DNA from: Azolla caroliniana
Lineage: Eukaryota; Plantae; Polypodiophyta
Length of the DNA stretch: 64,000 nt
NCBI GenBank assembly: GCA_043228905.1
Contig: JBHGNT010000020.1
Coordinates: 6,510,001-6,574,000, forward strand
Reading direction: 5' to 3'
Made by a program: the position numbers and the translations under genes. Below, in pieces: positions 37,206 to 50,228 of the stretch (the stretch's first letter is position 1; the number at the start of each line of letters is the position of its first letter). The notes beneath the pieces are model-generated. The model worked only from the letters and a program-made list of their open reading frames with translations. It did not search any database and was not told where the DNA came from.

Positions 37206-40161
37206 CCAGAGAAAACATGAATCTAGAAGTGGACCGTCGATCCGACACATCTCCGGTCGAGTCGGCATCCGTATAACCGACCAAATTTCCGATTATACCG
37301 TGTTAGTATAATAGTTCTCTATCCTTAGTGCCGCTAACATACCTCAGTATCTGGTGTGCGCACTGAAGGTGCTCGCGATCGACTTCTGCATAAACTGACT
37401 GATCGCTCCGACCGGATAGCTAATTTCGGGTCAGGTGATTGTCAAATAAATCAGGCTTCCGACAATTTGTCGACACTATTTCTCATTGTAGGTTGGTCCG
37501 GAGTCGAGATGAAAATTTAGGTTCCGATTCAGGGGTGTGGAGACTGGTCGACAAAACATCATGCCGAACTTCAGCATATTCAGCACATAATGTCGTTGAG
37601 ATAACAATATGTTGTCGGGGGTATGGATCACTTTGATCCCAAGTAATGAAGCTCCCCCAGGTCCTTCACTTTGAAAGAATCCGACAACTGGGACTTCACT
37701 CGGCCGATTTTAGCAAGGTCGGGTCCGATGATGACTAGATCATCCACGTATAACAAGATACATACCGGACCTTCTGGACCTTTCTGGATGAACAACGAAA
37801 GTCCGACTTTAAGGCCGCAAACCCCATCTTACACAACCGGTGCGTGATCTTTGAATTCCAAGCATGAGGGGCTTGCTTCAGGCCGTAAAGGAACTTCTTG
37901 ACCCGGCACACTACCGACTTGTTCATCTCCAACTGAAAACCGGGGGGTTGGATCATGTAGACCTATTCCTCAAGGTGGCCTTAAAGAAACGCATTCCTCA
38001 CATCCATTTGGTGAAGATGTCATCCCCTTGTTGCAACAACTACTAACACCACACAAACTGTCGTCATCTTTGCTACCGAATTGAAGGTCTCGTCATAGTC
38101 GATTCCGTGGGTCTACATGTATCCTTTCGCCACTAACCGGGTCTTGTACCGGTTGACTGAACTATCAGCGTTGTACTTTACCCTATATCCCCAAATGCAA
38201 CCAATCAGTTTGAAATGTCGGGGAGGGTCAACTAGCTCCCATGTGTCATTGGCATCAAGTGCCCACATCTCTTCCTCCATAGCGGCACGCCAATGTGCGT
38301 CCTCTACCGCTTCTGCGCAGCTCTCCGGCTCACGCACTTCCGCCACTTTCATCATGTACGCATAGTAATGTGCCATGTACTCTTTATATCCGTACCTTTT
38401 TACGGGGTTCTTCTGGCAGGTTGATCGACGCAACTTCACTTTCCCCGATTGCAAGGCCCTCTTGGCCGGCTTGGACTTCGTTCGGGAAGGTTCGTCTTCA
38501 TTCTTTCCGGAGTCAGATTTTCTCCGATCCGACTCGCCTTTGCTGGTGGCATATTCCGACATCTTCTTCTTCCCCTTCTCTTTGCACATGAACCATCTCC
38601 TCGGTTCCTTGCGCGGGGAGAGCACAACCAAGTCTCCACTACTTGCCGGCTCGTCATCTGACTGGTCATTCCAACTCAGTCGCTCATTCGTCCCACTTAG
38701 CTAGAATGAGATCAAACTCTCATCTAGAGTACCGAATCCTTCTTCGTCTTCTGCCTGAGTCGTTTCGGGCTCACTGGCCTCATCCTCTGGAATCAGGTCG
38801 GAGTCGGACATCAAAGTCAGTAGAGAGTACCATGATGCCGACTCATCAAATTCGACATCTTGACTCACTCAAACTTGTTTTGTTTGGGGGTTATAGCACT
38901 TATAACCCTTTTGCTCATGTGAGTAGCCAACAAGGATGCACTTCTCTGACTTCGGGTCCAACTTTCTCTGCTTCTCATCCGGCACATGCACATATGCAAT
39001 GCTATCGAATATCTTAAGGTGTCTTAAATTCGGCTTTCGCCCGAAATACAGCTCGTGTGCTGACAACTTATCCCCGATCAAGTTTTATATGTAGATGGTA
39101 ATCTGAACCGCTTCGGCCCAGCTCAACATGCCTGCGGTCGGATGGTGGAAAAGAATTTGGGCATGCTCTGCTCTTCCAACATTGCCCATGAAGCCTCCAA
39201 ATTGACCGGTTCTTTCTTTCGGCCACACCGTTTTGTTCTGGTGTGTATCGGCAACTAAATTCTCTCTGAATTCCCATTTGTTGCAGATAACTTTTGAATT
39301 GGACGGAAACATATTCTTTTCCACCATCCGATTGCAGGCATGTTGAGCGGACAAGCTCAATTAGATCCAGATCGGCTGCACAAGCTAGATTAGAGTCCAG
39401 AACGAAGAACTGGATCGGTGCCTGGGTGTTATTCAGAACCAGGAACCGGATTGTAACTAGTAGGTCCTTAGAGGCCTACCAATCTAGCCTATTATGTAGA
39501 CATATTTTTGGGAGTCAGTGACAGTCGCATGTATGAGCATTGAAGTACATACTTGTCAATACTTCTGTCAGTCCTTTTATGGACTTGTATAAAAGTGCTC
39601 ACTGAGCACATTGTATGGACATTGTGTGTATTCTTAAGCTACCATTAAACCTTCATCTCTATTTTACTGTTGTTATCCAGCTAAGCCAGTTTATCTAACC
39701 TTCCGCATATTAACTTTAACATGGTATCAGAGAGTGAGGGTTGAGAACCTCTGTTGCCGACAAGCGTTCTTTTTCTCTGAAGACAAACCCTAGCCACTGG
39801 TAAAAGAACGGACTGAAAAGAGAAGGTATGGACAGAAGCATGGCAACCTCGCTTCCAACATAAAAGCTTGACCGGACCAATTAGCGTCCTGGTCGTATAA
39901 GATGCACCAGAACCTGGTGGGGCATAGATACTGGAGCTACATGGAAGGAGCAAATGAAGTAGTGCTAGATTCAGCACACAAGGATTTCCCGGTATGGGAG
40001 TAGGGAGCGAGCAGGGTGTTGTACTGCCTCACATCTTGTGTGCACGACCAAATGCTTAGTTACATCAGAGATGCAAAATCACCGAAGGAGGCCTAGGAAA
40101 ATCTCTGGAAGATTTTCGCCACAAGTACCATGGCTCAAAAGTTGAAGCTTCGGCAAGAGCT

Positions 40162-43100
40162 TGTTGAGAGACAAGCTCAACATCGGCCGGATCGGCTGAA
40201 GAAGCCGAGGACCGGATCGGTTGGGACCGATCGGTTAGGCCGAATGCGTAGTTAGGGCTGGATCGGTGCATAAACCGGGAGGCCGTTAGGAAAGATATTC
40301 CGTAAGGAATATATTTGGGAGTTAGTGTAGGAGCTCTTAATGAGCATTGAAGTACTGTCAGTAATTCGGTCAGTCCTTCTAGGACTTGTATGAAAGTGTT
40401 CATTGAACACACATATGTACAGAGTGGTGAATAGAGATTGAGTATTTTTTTTGTTGAATATTGTTCTTGTGTCTTCTCTCTCACTCTCTCTGTCTCCATT
40501 AAACCTGAGTGTTCAAGCTCAAGCTCAAGCTCTCCATTAAACCTGAGTGTTCTTCCTTCTGTTCTGTCTTCATACTTGCTTCCGCACGCTACTTTCTACA
40601 TGGTATCAGAGCGTGAGGGTTGAGAACCTCTTTGCAGCCGACACAGCTTGACGAAGAAGAACGAGAAGAACGATGGATAGAGGCATGGCGAGCTCGCTTC
40701 CGACAGAGAAGCTCGACAGAACCAACTACGCGTCTTGGTCCTACAAGATGCACCAGTACCTGCTCGGGCATGACTACTGGAGTTATGTCGAAGGAGCTAA
40801 TGACGCGGCACCCGAATCGACACACAGAGACTTCCCGTCGTGGGAGCAATCGGCGAGCAGGGTATTATACTGCTTCGCGTCGTGTGTGGGCGAACAGCTA
40901 TTGAGCTATGTTCGGGATGCAAAGACGCCGAAGGGTGCGTGGGAAAATCTGAAGAAGATCTTCGCCGCGAGCACCACTGCCAAGAAGCTTCAACTCCGAC
41001 AGGAGTTGAGCAACCTACGACAACGCGACTTGTCGGTGGCGGACTATACCTCGAAGATCAAGGATATCTGCGACTCCCTCGCCTCCATAAAGGTGAACAT
41101 CGAGGAGAGCGAGATGGTCCAGATCTGTCTCGGAGGTTTGGCGTTGAAGTTCGGAGCGTTCCGAACGGCTGTGTGTACCCGGGAGAATACGCCGTCCTTT
41201 TTCGACTTACAGTCAATGCTCCTGGTAGAGGAGAACCACGCGGGTGCGTCTACAAGCACACACGCCGACAACAGAATGTTGTACACGAAGGGTAAAATAG
41301 GCCCCGTGGACGTGGAGGACGAGGCGAGTCGGCACGCAATGGAGGCGGCCGACGAGATCAAGGAAAAAGGCATCGAAGTGATGCCGACAGCAACTCCGGA
41401 CCCTCCGGAAACAGGGGGAGTCGAAGCGATGAGAACCGGCAAGGGAAGGCCATCGCGCAGTGCTGGTACTGTGGCAAGAAAGGCCATAGGGAAAGTGAGT
41501 GCTGGAAGAAGCGCGCCGATTAGGAGAGAACCGGTTCCGGAAACGGCTCCGGACATACTGACAAGGGAAATCGGCAGCGATCGCACTATGCCGAAGACTC
41601 CGGGAAAGCCGGAGAAGGGTCTGCCTTCGTGACGAGACACGAAGCAAACTCAATGAAACAGACCACCCCGAGATCAGACGAGGTGTGGTACGTAGACTCC
41701 GGCGCGTCAAACCACATGACTAGCCATAAGGAGTGGTTCTCGTACCTTGAAAAACCGATACAACCTGGAGTAGTCGCAACTGGAGACGACACTCTGCATC
41801 CGATCGTGAATGTCGGAGAAGTTCCCCTTAGCCATGTTGGGCAAAAAGGGAAACTCATGAACGTGCTGCACGTTACGACAATCACGAAGAACTTGGTCTC
41901 GGTCGGACAGATCGTCGACCAAGGGATGGAGGTTCGGTTTACACACCTCGGGTGCTTCATTGAGGAAGAAGGCCGTGTGATTGCGCAAGGGCGCAGAGAC
42001 GGGAGGATGTTCATCCTCGACTCCACTGACGGCGGCACCGCAATGTTCACGAAGGGACAAAAATCCAAGTCGGACATCGACTTGTGGCACAAGCGGATAG
42101 GCCACGTCAACTACCAGCAGCTTCAAGATCTGCAATCAAAACAGGTAGTGTTCGGATTGCCCAAATTTAGTGGCCGAAAGGCACAAATTTGTGAAGCCTG
42201 CCAGCTCAGGAAGCAACACCGACTTCCTTTCCCCAACGAGCGAAACCGGAGCCGGAACAAGCTCGACCTTATACACTCCGATGTATGGGGGCCGACACAA
42301 AACGTTAGTCTTGGCGGGAACCGATATTTCGTCTCCTTCATCGACGACCACATGCGGCACACGTGGATCTACCTCATTGAGAGGAAGAGCGAAGTCTTCG
42401 ACTGTTTCCGGGACCTCAAAGGGTTCGTGGAAACAGAAACGGGACGGAAGATCAAGTGCCTGCGGTCGGATGGCGGGAAAGAGTACTTCTCCAGTCAATT
42501 CAACGGTTATCTACAACAAATGGGAATTCGGCGCGAATTCAGTTGTAGATACACGCCGGAGCAGAACGGCGTGGCCGAGAGGAAGAATCGGTCAGTTGTG
42601 GAAGCGGCACGGGCAATGCTGGAGGAGAAGAGCTTGCCCAAGTTCTACTGGGCCGAGGCGGTAAGGACCGCGGTATACATCCAGAACCGGATCAGAGACA
42701 AAGTGTCGGCGCACGAGCTATATTTCGGAACGAAGCCGAACTTGCGACACTTGAGGGTGTTCGGTAGCATTGCGTATGTGCATATACCGAAGGAGAAAAG
42801 GAGGAAGCTGGACGCAAAGGCCGAGAAATGCATCTTGGTCGGTTACTCAGATGAGCAGAAGGGTTATAAGTGCTATAACCCTCGCACCAAACAAGCGCGT
42901 GTCAGCCGCGACGTTGTGTTTGACGAGTCCGCGTCCTGGTACCTGCCCCCGACTCCGAACCCTGCCCCCAATCCGAGCTCTGACGATGAGGTCAGCGAGG
43001 CCGAGATGCCTCCGGATGAGCCCGAAATCGAGACCCGCAAAGAGAGTCCGATTTCACTCCGGTTAAGTGGACCGATTGGACGACTGAGTTGGTACGACCA

Positions 43101-45919
43101 GTCCGATGAAGAGCCGGCGAGTAGTGGAGACTCGGCCGTGCATTCCCTGCGCAGGAAGCCGAGGAGACGGCTTACGCGCAAAGAGAAAGGGAAGAAGAAG
43201 GCGTCAGATTCTGGCACGGATAGGAACGAGTCAGACCGACGCGAGTCCGACTCCGAGGGAACCGGTGACGGGTCTTTAAAAGTGAAGTCCGCGTCGACCG
43301 AGAAGGCCTCGACATCGGCTAATGCGAGATTACGCCGATCTACCCGCCAGAAGAATCTTGTTTTGCGGTTCGGATACAACGAGTACATGGCGCATCATTA
43401 TGCGTACATGACCCGTGTAGCAGAAGTGCGTGAGCTGGAGAGCTACGCAGAAGCGGCTAAAGACGCGACTTGGCGTGCCGCGATGGAGGAAGAGATGCAC
43501 GCATTGGCGGAGAACGAGACCTGGGACCTGGTTGACGCACCAAGACGGGTAAAACCGATCGGGTGTAGGTGGGTGTACAAAGTCAAGTACAACACTGATG
43601 GCTCTGTCAACCGGTACAAGGCTCGGCTAGTGGCAAAGGGCTACGCGCAGAAACACGGCATCGACTACGATGAGACATTTGCGCCGGTCGCGAAAATGAC
43701 GATCGTCCGTGTTTTGCTCGCAGTAGCCGCGGCCAAGGGGTGGCACCTACATCAAATGGATGTAAAGAATGCGTTCCTGCAAGGTAACCTTGAGGAACAA
43801 GTGTACATGGTACAGCCCCCCGGATTTCACTCCGGAACGAACTCCTCGGCAGTATGCCGACTGAAGAAGTCCCTTTACGGACTGAAGCAAGCCCCGCGTG
43901 CCTGGAACGCAAAGATCATGCAACAACTGCGTCGGATGGGCTTCTTCACGTCAAAATTGGACTCTTCCCTGTTCATCCGGAAAGGTCGATTCAGACCGGT
44001 TAGTATTCTACTATATGTCGATGACTTGGTCATCACCGGCGTTGACCTAGGTGAAATCGACCGTGTGAAGCTCCAACTTGCGGCATCGTTTGACATGAAG
44101 GATCTGGGGGACCTTCATTACTTCCTCGGGATCGAAGTGATCCGTACCCCCGAAGGCATATTGATCAGCCAACGTCATTACGTGCTGGGTATGCTCTTCA
44201 AACTCGGGATGGCTGACTGTAAGTCCGTCTCGACTCCTCTGGACAGAACCATCAAGCTTCGTCCCGATACGGGAAAGGTATGTGACCCGACGAGGTTCCG
44301 ACAAATTGTCGGAAGCCTCATATACTTGACCATCACCCGGCCCGACCTCAGTTATCCGATCGGGGTGATCGGTCAGTTCATGGCGCGACCTACCGAGGAG
44401 CACCTTCAGTGTGCGCAACGCGTACTGCGGTACGTAAGCGGCACTAAGGACCGCGGACTGCTATATCGGACTGGTGCAGCCGCGCAGTTAGTCGGCTACA
44501 CCGATCCTGATTGGGCTGGCAACGCCGCCGATCGTCGATCCACGTCCGGATACGCATTCTCCCTCGGGAGTGCCGCGATCGCGTGGAGCAGTAATAAGCA
44601 GCCGACAGTTGCACTATCGAGCACCGAAGCTGAGTACTGAGGAGCGGCTGTCGCGACATGCGAAGCCATATGGTTGAAGCAGCTACTTAAGGACCTGCAA
44701 GCTGAGGTGTCAGATCCAACGACGATCTACTGCGACAACCTCAGCAGCATCCAGCTCACGAAGAACCCCGTTTTCCACGCACGGACCAAGCACATTGAGG
44801 TGCACTACCATTTCGTCCGCGAGCGTGTCCTTTCCAGTGAAGTCGAACTTCAGTACGTGCCGACGGATCGGCAAATTGCCGACATCTTCACCAAGCCTCT
44901 TGGTCTGGACAAATTGCGGCAATTCTCAGGTGCGCTCGGATTGCGTCACCTCGACGTGCCAAACTTGAGGGGGAGAACAATCCCGAACGACCAAGCAAGG
45001 CAGCAGGAAAGGAGCGGAGACCGCGACACCGAGTTGGTTGTCGAGTTCGACTTTGGATCGGCTGAAGAAGTCGAGGGCGGACCCGCAAAAAAGTCCAGAA
45101 GCGAACAGAAGGGGAGCCGAAGGAGAGAGCCGAAGCCAACCACGCATGGGGCAGATGACGCCATCGAGGGCGAGAAGACCAAAGACGAGTTGGAGACAGC
45201 CAACTCGGACGAGAGCGAAAACCGATCGGAGGTAGCCGAGTCGGTTCGGATGTTTGATTCAGACACGTTGAATCAACCAAGGCCCAAGCGGAAGAAAAGG
45301 CAGCAGAAGAAGTGTCGACACCGCAATAGCAGAAGAGCTGATAAGGGCCACATGAGCAGACAAGCTGACCAGAAGGGTCGAAGCGCGCAGAGTCGAACAG
45401 GTCGAGGAGTGCGAGCGAGGCGTGAAGCTAGGAGGAACCGGAGTTGTGAAGATCCCAAAGAGCCTCAAGTTGAGCTTGAGGGGGAGTGTTGAGAGACAAG
45501 CTCAACATCGGCCAGATCGGCTGAAGAAGCCGAGGACCGGATCGGTTGGGACCGATCGGTTAGGCCGAATGCGTAGTTAGGGCCGGATCGGTGCGTAAAC
45601 CGGGAGGCTGTTAGGAAAGATATTCCGTAACGAATATATTTGGAAGTTAGTGTAGGAGCTCTTAATGAGCATTGAAGTACTATCAGTACTTCGGTCAGTC
45701 CTTCTGGGACTTATATAAAAGTGTTCATTGAACACACATATGTACAGAGTGGTGAATAGAGATTGAGTATTTTTTTTGTTGAATATTGTTCTTGTGTCTT
45801 CTCTCTCACTCTCTCTGTCTCTCCTGCGTATACTCCGTAAGCTCAAGCTCTCCATTAGAACCTGAGTGTTCTTCCTTCTGTTCTGTCTTCATACTTGCTT
45901 CCGCACGCTACTTTCTACA
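40162..45919 (+). mobile_element. Ty1/Copia element C, full length and nearly intact
   Basis: LTRs 40162-40600 and 45487-45919. TSD GAGCT. PBS tggtatcagagc at 40601. PPT ttgagggggag at 45476-45486. Confidence 0.97.
40673..45492 (+). pseudogene. gag-pol of Copia C (frameshift near 41290, premature TGA at 44638)
   Basis: ORFs 40673-41632, 41629-44640 (YVDSGAS, integrase, LLYVDD) and 44674-45492 (RNase H + extension). Confidence 0.9.
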
Positions 45920-46863
45920 GAGCTCAACAATATACGGCAATGGGACATGTCGGTCACCAACTACACCACCAAGATCAAGGAGATCTGCGACGCGCTTGGG
46001 TCCATCATTGTGACTGTTCACAAGGACAAGATGGTCCAAATCTACCTCGGTGGTCTAGCACATCAGTACGGGCCAATTCGGACGGCAATTTGCACACAGG
46101 AGAAGCCACCATCCTTCTTTGACTTGCAATCGATGCTAATGGTCCAAGAAAAGCACGCGAGTGGGTCAAGGACCACTCAATCGGAGACCCGAATGGGCCC
46201 CGTGGGAGTGGAGAATGAGGTGGGTCAGCACTCAATGCAGGTAGCCAACAAGAGCAGAACCGAAGGCATAGAGATAGTGCCGACAACAGTTTCGGACCCT
46301 CCACAAGCAGGGGGAGTCAAAGCAGTAGCAGAAACCGGTAAGGAAAGGCCGACATAGAATGCTAGTACAGTGGCAAGAAAGGCCACCGCGAGAGCGAGTG
46401 CTAGAAATGACGGGAACTCTTGTTCCTTATACGCAACGCTCGGCCACAACCGAGCTTAGAATCATACACAGAAAAACGGGAAATAAAAGCACGACACGAA
46501 GAAGAGAAGAGTACACAGGATGTTTACGTGGAAAACCCAAAGAGGGAAAAAAAACCACGGCAGCCCACAGGCTGCAAACTATCACTATGTTAGAATGTAC
46601 AACAATGAGTTCACGGAGGCAACGACCTCGTGCTGACGATCTTCGCCACAGGCGGCGGTTACAACAGAGGCAACGACCTCTTTCTCTCTCTCTCTCTCTC
46701 TCTCTGTACACAGTTACGCGCTCTCTCTATTCTTGCACCAACAAGAAAATGACAACACACCTAAAAGTTTGCCCTAAGTCATATTTATACTAATATGACT
46801 TTTCGGCTATTTACAAATATAGTCATGATGGACTCTTAGAAACATATTTACGAATATATCTCT

Positions 46864-47135
46864 TCATCCGGTTCTCACCGGGTCTGCACCATCCGGCTCT
46901 TTGTAGCCAGGTACTCGTCATCCGGTCTTCACCGGGTCTGCACCATCCGGCTCTCCGTAGCCAGGTACTCCTCATCCAGTCTTCACCGGGTCTGTACCAT
47001 CCGGCTCTCCGTAGCCGGGTACTCCTCATCCGGTCTTCACCGGGTCTGTACCATCCGGCTCTCCATAGCCGGGTACTCGTCATCCGGTCTTCACCAAGTC
47101 TACACCATCCGGCTCTCCGTAGCCGGGTACTCGTC
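46864..47135. repeat. 54-bp tandem repeat (5 units) in the Copia D LTR
   Basis: tcatccggtcttcaccgggtctgtaccatccggctctccgtagccgggtactc(c/g), also at ~59304-59640 and ~36624-36845. Confidence 0.92.
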
Positions 47136-49466
47136 ATACGGTTTGTTCATCAGCACTGTTCTTCTCCCTTCCCATCCGGAGGGACCTGTCTCCCAACAAA
47201 CTCCCCCTTCACTCCGGCATGGGATGTCTTACTAGTCCGATCCTCTTCCGGCATGCATCCACCTTGTCGGTTATCAACACTTTGGGTCATCATATCTGAC
47301 CCATTCTCGGCTGTGTGGATCTTCGTCAGTGCGAACTCCTGGTCATCTACTCTTTCCCGGATCCAGTGATACCTTCGCTGGATATGCTTCGTCTGGGAAT
47401 GGTAGGCCGCATTCTTAGCAAGGTGGATGGCACTTTGACTGTCGCAATAGAGTCGGTATTCATCTTGCCAGATACCGAGCTCTCCGATGAAGTCCTTCAT
47501 CCATAATATTTCCTTGCCGGCTTCCACAGCCGCCATGGACTCTGCCTCCGTGGTTGACAATGCAACCGTCTTCTGCAGCCTTGACTGCCACGAGACAGCT
47601 CCCCCTTCATATGTCATTACATACCCGGATGTAGACCGGCTGGTATCCACATCAGCCGACATGTCTGAATCGGTGAAACCGTCAAGTCGAAGTTTTCCGG
47701 AGCCGAATCGGAGACACATATTTGAAGTACCCTTCAAATAATGGAGTATCCATTTGACCGCATTCTAGTGCTCCTTGCGGGGATTTCTCATAAACCGGCT
47801 CACCACTCCGACTGCGTATCCTATATCCGGTCGAGTACACACCATTGCGTACATCAAGCTCCCGACGACAGAGGCATATGGAATCTTCATCATGTCCGCC
47901 TTCTCTGCTTTTGTCTTCGGGCTTTGCTTACTGGATAACCTGCAGTTTGCCGGAAGTGTCGATACGACCGGTTTCGCATCTGACATGTTGAATCGGTGAA
48001 GCACCTTTGTCACGTACTTCTCCTGTCACAGCCATAATTGCTTCGCTGACCGGTTCCAGATAATATGCATCCCCAGCATCTATCTTGCCGGACCCAAGTC
48101 TTTCATTGAGAAGGTCCGGTTGAGGGCCTTCTTCAGCATCCGTATTTTGACTTGGTCCCGTCCGACGATCAACATGTCATCCACGTACAGAAGGAGTATC
48201 AGGAAGTCGCCTCCTTCGAACTTCTTCACAAACACATAGTGATCGGCTGCGTCTTGTGGTACCCTTGATCGGTCATGAAGGAGTTGAACTTCTGGTACCA
48301 TTGCCGGGGGGCCTGCTTCAACCCGTAGAGGCTCTTCTTCAACCGGCAAACCAGGTGCTCCTTCCCTTTCTCCACGAATCCTTCCGGTTGCTGCATATAG
48401 ATCTCCTCTTCGAGGTCATCATGAAGGAATGTCGTCTTCACGTCTAGTTGCTCTACCTCGAGGTCCATGCTTGCCGCTATACTCAGCACCATCCGGATGG
48501 AGGTCATCTTTACTACCGGGGCAAATATCTCGTCAAAGTCTACGCCCTTTTTCTGTTGGAACCCCTTCACCACGATCCTGGCTTTGTATCTCGGGGGGTT
48601 GCCGGCATCTCCCGGTTTAAACTTGTACACCCACTTGTTTCGGAGTGCCCGCTTTCCTTTCGGCAACTCCACCAATTCGTATGTATGGTTCTCATGCAAG
48701 GAATCCATCTCGTCCTGCATGGCACTTAACCATTTGCGGTTGTGGGTGTGATCCTTCGCTTCTTCGAAGCTTTCTGGCTCCCCCTCATCGGTTAGCAGCA
48801 CATGCTCTGCATCCGGAAATCTCCGGGGGGGCCCTTCTCTCTCTGAGAGGATATCTCCGTCTTCGGGCTTCGGTAATCGGCTCCTCCATTTGCTCTTCAT
48901 CCGAATCCGATTCGGGGTCTTGGCCGGTTCCAGTTTCAGCTTCCTCTACTTCTTCTTCAGCCTGTTCGGTATCCTCACCATAACCGACTGGTCCCTCGAG
49001 TGCTAACCGGTCTCTCGCCGGTTGGGTCTGCTCATCGTAGAGTCGATCCTCACCGGTCGACTCGGAGTTCATTATCTTCTTCTTTGACTCCCAGTCGGCG
49101 AGCGTCTTGTCCTCCATGAAGATAATATCTCGACTCCGGAATACCTTCTTGTCGACCAGGTCCCTGTTGACCGGTCAAAAGAGCAAGGACAAGGGGGAAG
49201 GCGGAGTCAGATCGGATAATAGGAAGTAAATAATAGTATAATTATTATTAGGAGGGACGTATCCGGTACAGTTGTACCGATCCAGATCCGGACCGATTCG
49301 GATGCCGGTTGCCTAGGCGCACCGATTGTAACCTTGCCGAATGCCTATAAAAGAATCCGATGATTTGTAAAGGCGGGACGAAAGTAATACAAATAGAATT
49401 ATTGCGTGTTTATTTGTATCTTTGTATTGTTTTACCGTCTGTGCTTAGTGTAATCATCTTACGCGT

Positions 49467-50185
49467 TGTCGTGAAGAAAACCGCCCACAAGAGGAATCGG
49501 AGGAACAAGGCGTGGGAAACGGCTCTACGCACACACGCGCGCCAAGAAGTACCTAAGGACGAAGTAGGTACATACGAGGATCCTAGGTGGGTAGATTCGG
49601 TTGGTATGCAGTTAATGCCAAACGGCCTCTTGACGGGCTATAAAAGGGAAGAGGAAGAATAGAAGTGGGTATCTCGCGCGGAGAGGACGAAGTGCTGCCG
49701 AACCGATTTCGGAGCTTCTCTCTCACTCCTGCTTTCTCTGTCTTCTGCTCCATCGCGTACCTGTGCAGGTTTCGAGGAGGCTTGCGCTGTTCCGTGGAAC
49801 GCCCCGAGTGCGTCCTGCAGCACCTCCGACCTGTTTTCCCTTCCTGTGCGTCGCGACATACAGGGGTCGGCATCTGTTCGCCGCCCTGTTCGTTTTCGTT
49901 AGTATCTATTTCGTGCCCCACCGTGGGTTGTAATACTTTAGTCTGTTATTTTCTTGCATTCATAAGTACATATCTTTCGTTGTTGCGTCCATCTGCGTCG
50001 GCGTTTATTTGTGATCTCTGTTTGTTGGGCCGTGTCCCTGTGCAATCGTCGGTTCTGCGCAATCGGATCTTCGGTTCTGTGTAATCGGGTCTCTCTCTCT
50101 CTTACTCCTCTCTCTCTTGCTCTTCGGTTCAAGACCCCCGTGGTCCCTCCTCCTTTCTACACGCAAGGGCGTAGCAACCCCGACA
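49467..50185 (+). repeat. 5' LTR of Gypsy F
   Basis: No differences seen from 55916-56634. ORF-track translations are identical at offset 6449. Confidence 0.95.
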
Positions 50186-50188
50186 TCT

Positions 50189-50205
50189 TGGTGAACCCGA
50201 CGTGA
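50189..50205 (+). promoter_or_regulatory. Primer binding site complementary to tRNA-Trp
   Basis: tggtgaacccgacgtga is the reverse complement of the 3' end of plant cytosolic tRNA-Trp (...TCACGTCGGGTTCACCA, recalled from memory). Confidence 0.85.
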
Positions 50206-50228
50206 AAGAGGCGGCAGAAGAGCAGAAG

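Larger units (their letters stand above)
30426..39340 (-). mobile_element. Ty1/Copia element A (3' half, decayed), interrupted by LINE-b and cut by element B
   Basis: 3' LTR 30426-30871 with adjacent PPT. RNase H 31480-31870, RT 37206-38370, integrase to 39340 (CLQSDGGKEY). Confidence 0.9.

Noticed and set aside
44674-45492. env-like third ORF in Copia C
   Set aside because: It is RNase H plus a hydrophilic tail in the pol frame, with no signal peptide or transmembrane segment
46823-47137. RRAGWYRPGEDR repeat protein ORFs (also at 59235-59627 and 36554-36963)
   Set aside because: They are translations of the 54-bp LTR tandem repeat
50189-50205. tRNA gene
   Set aside because: Only a 17-nt PBS complement, with no cloverleaf
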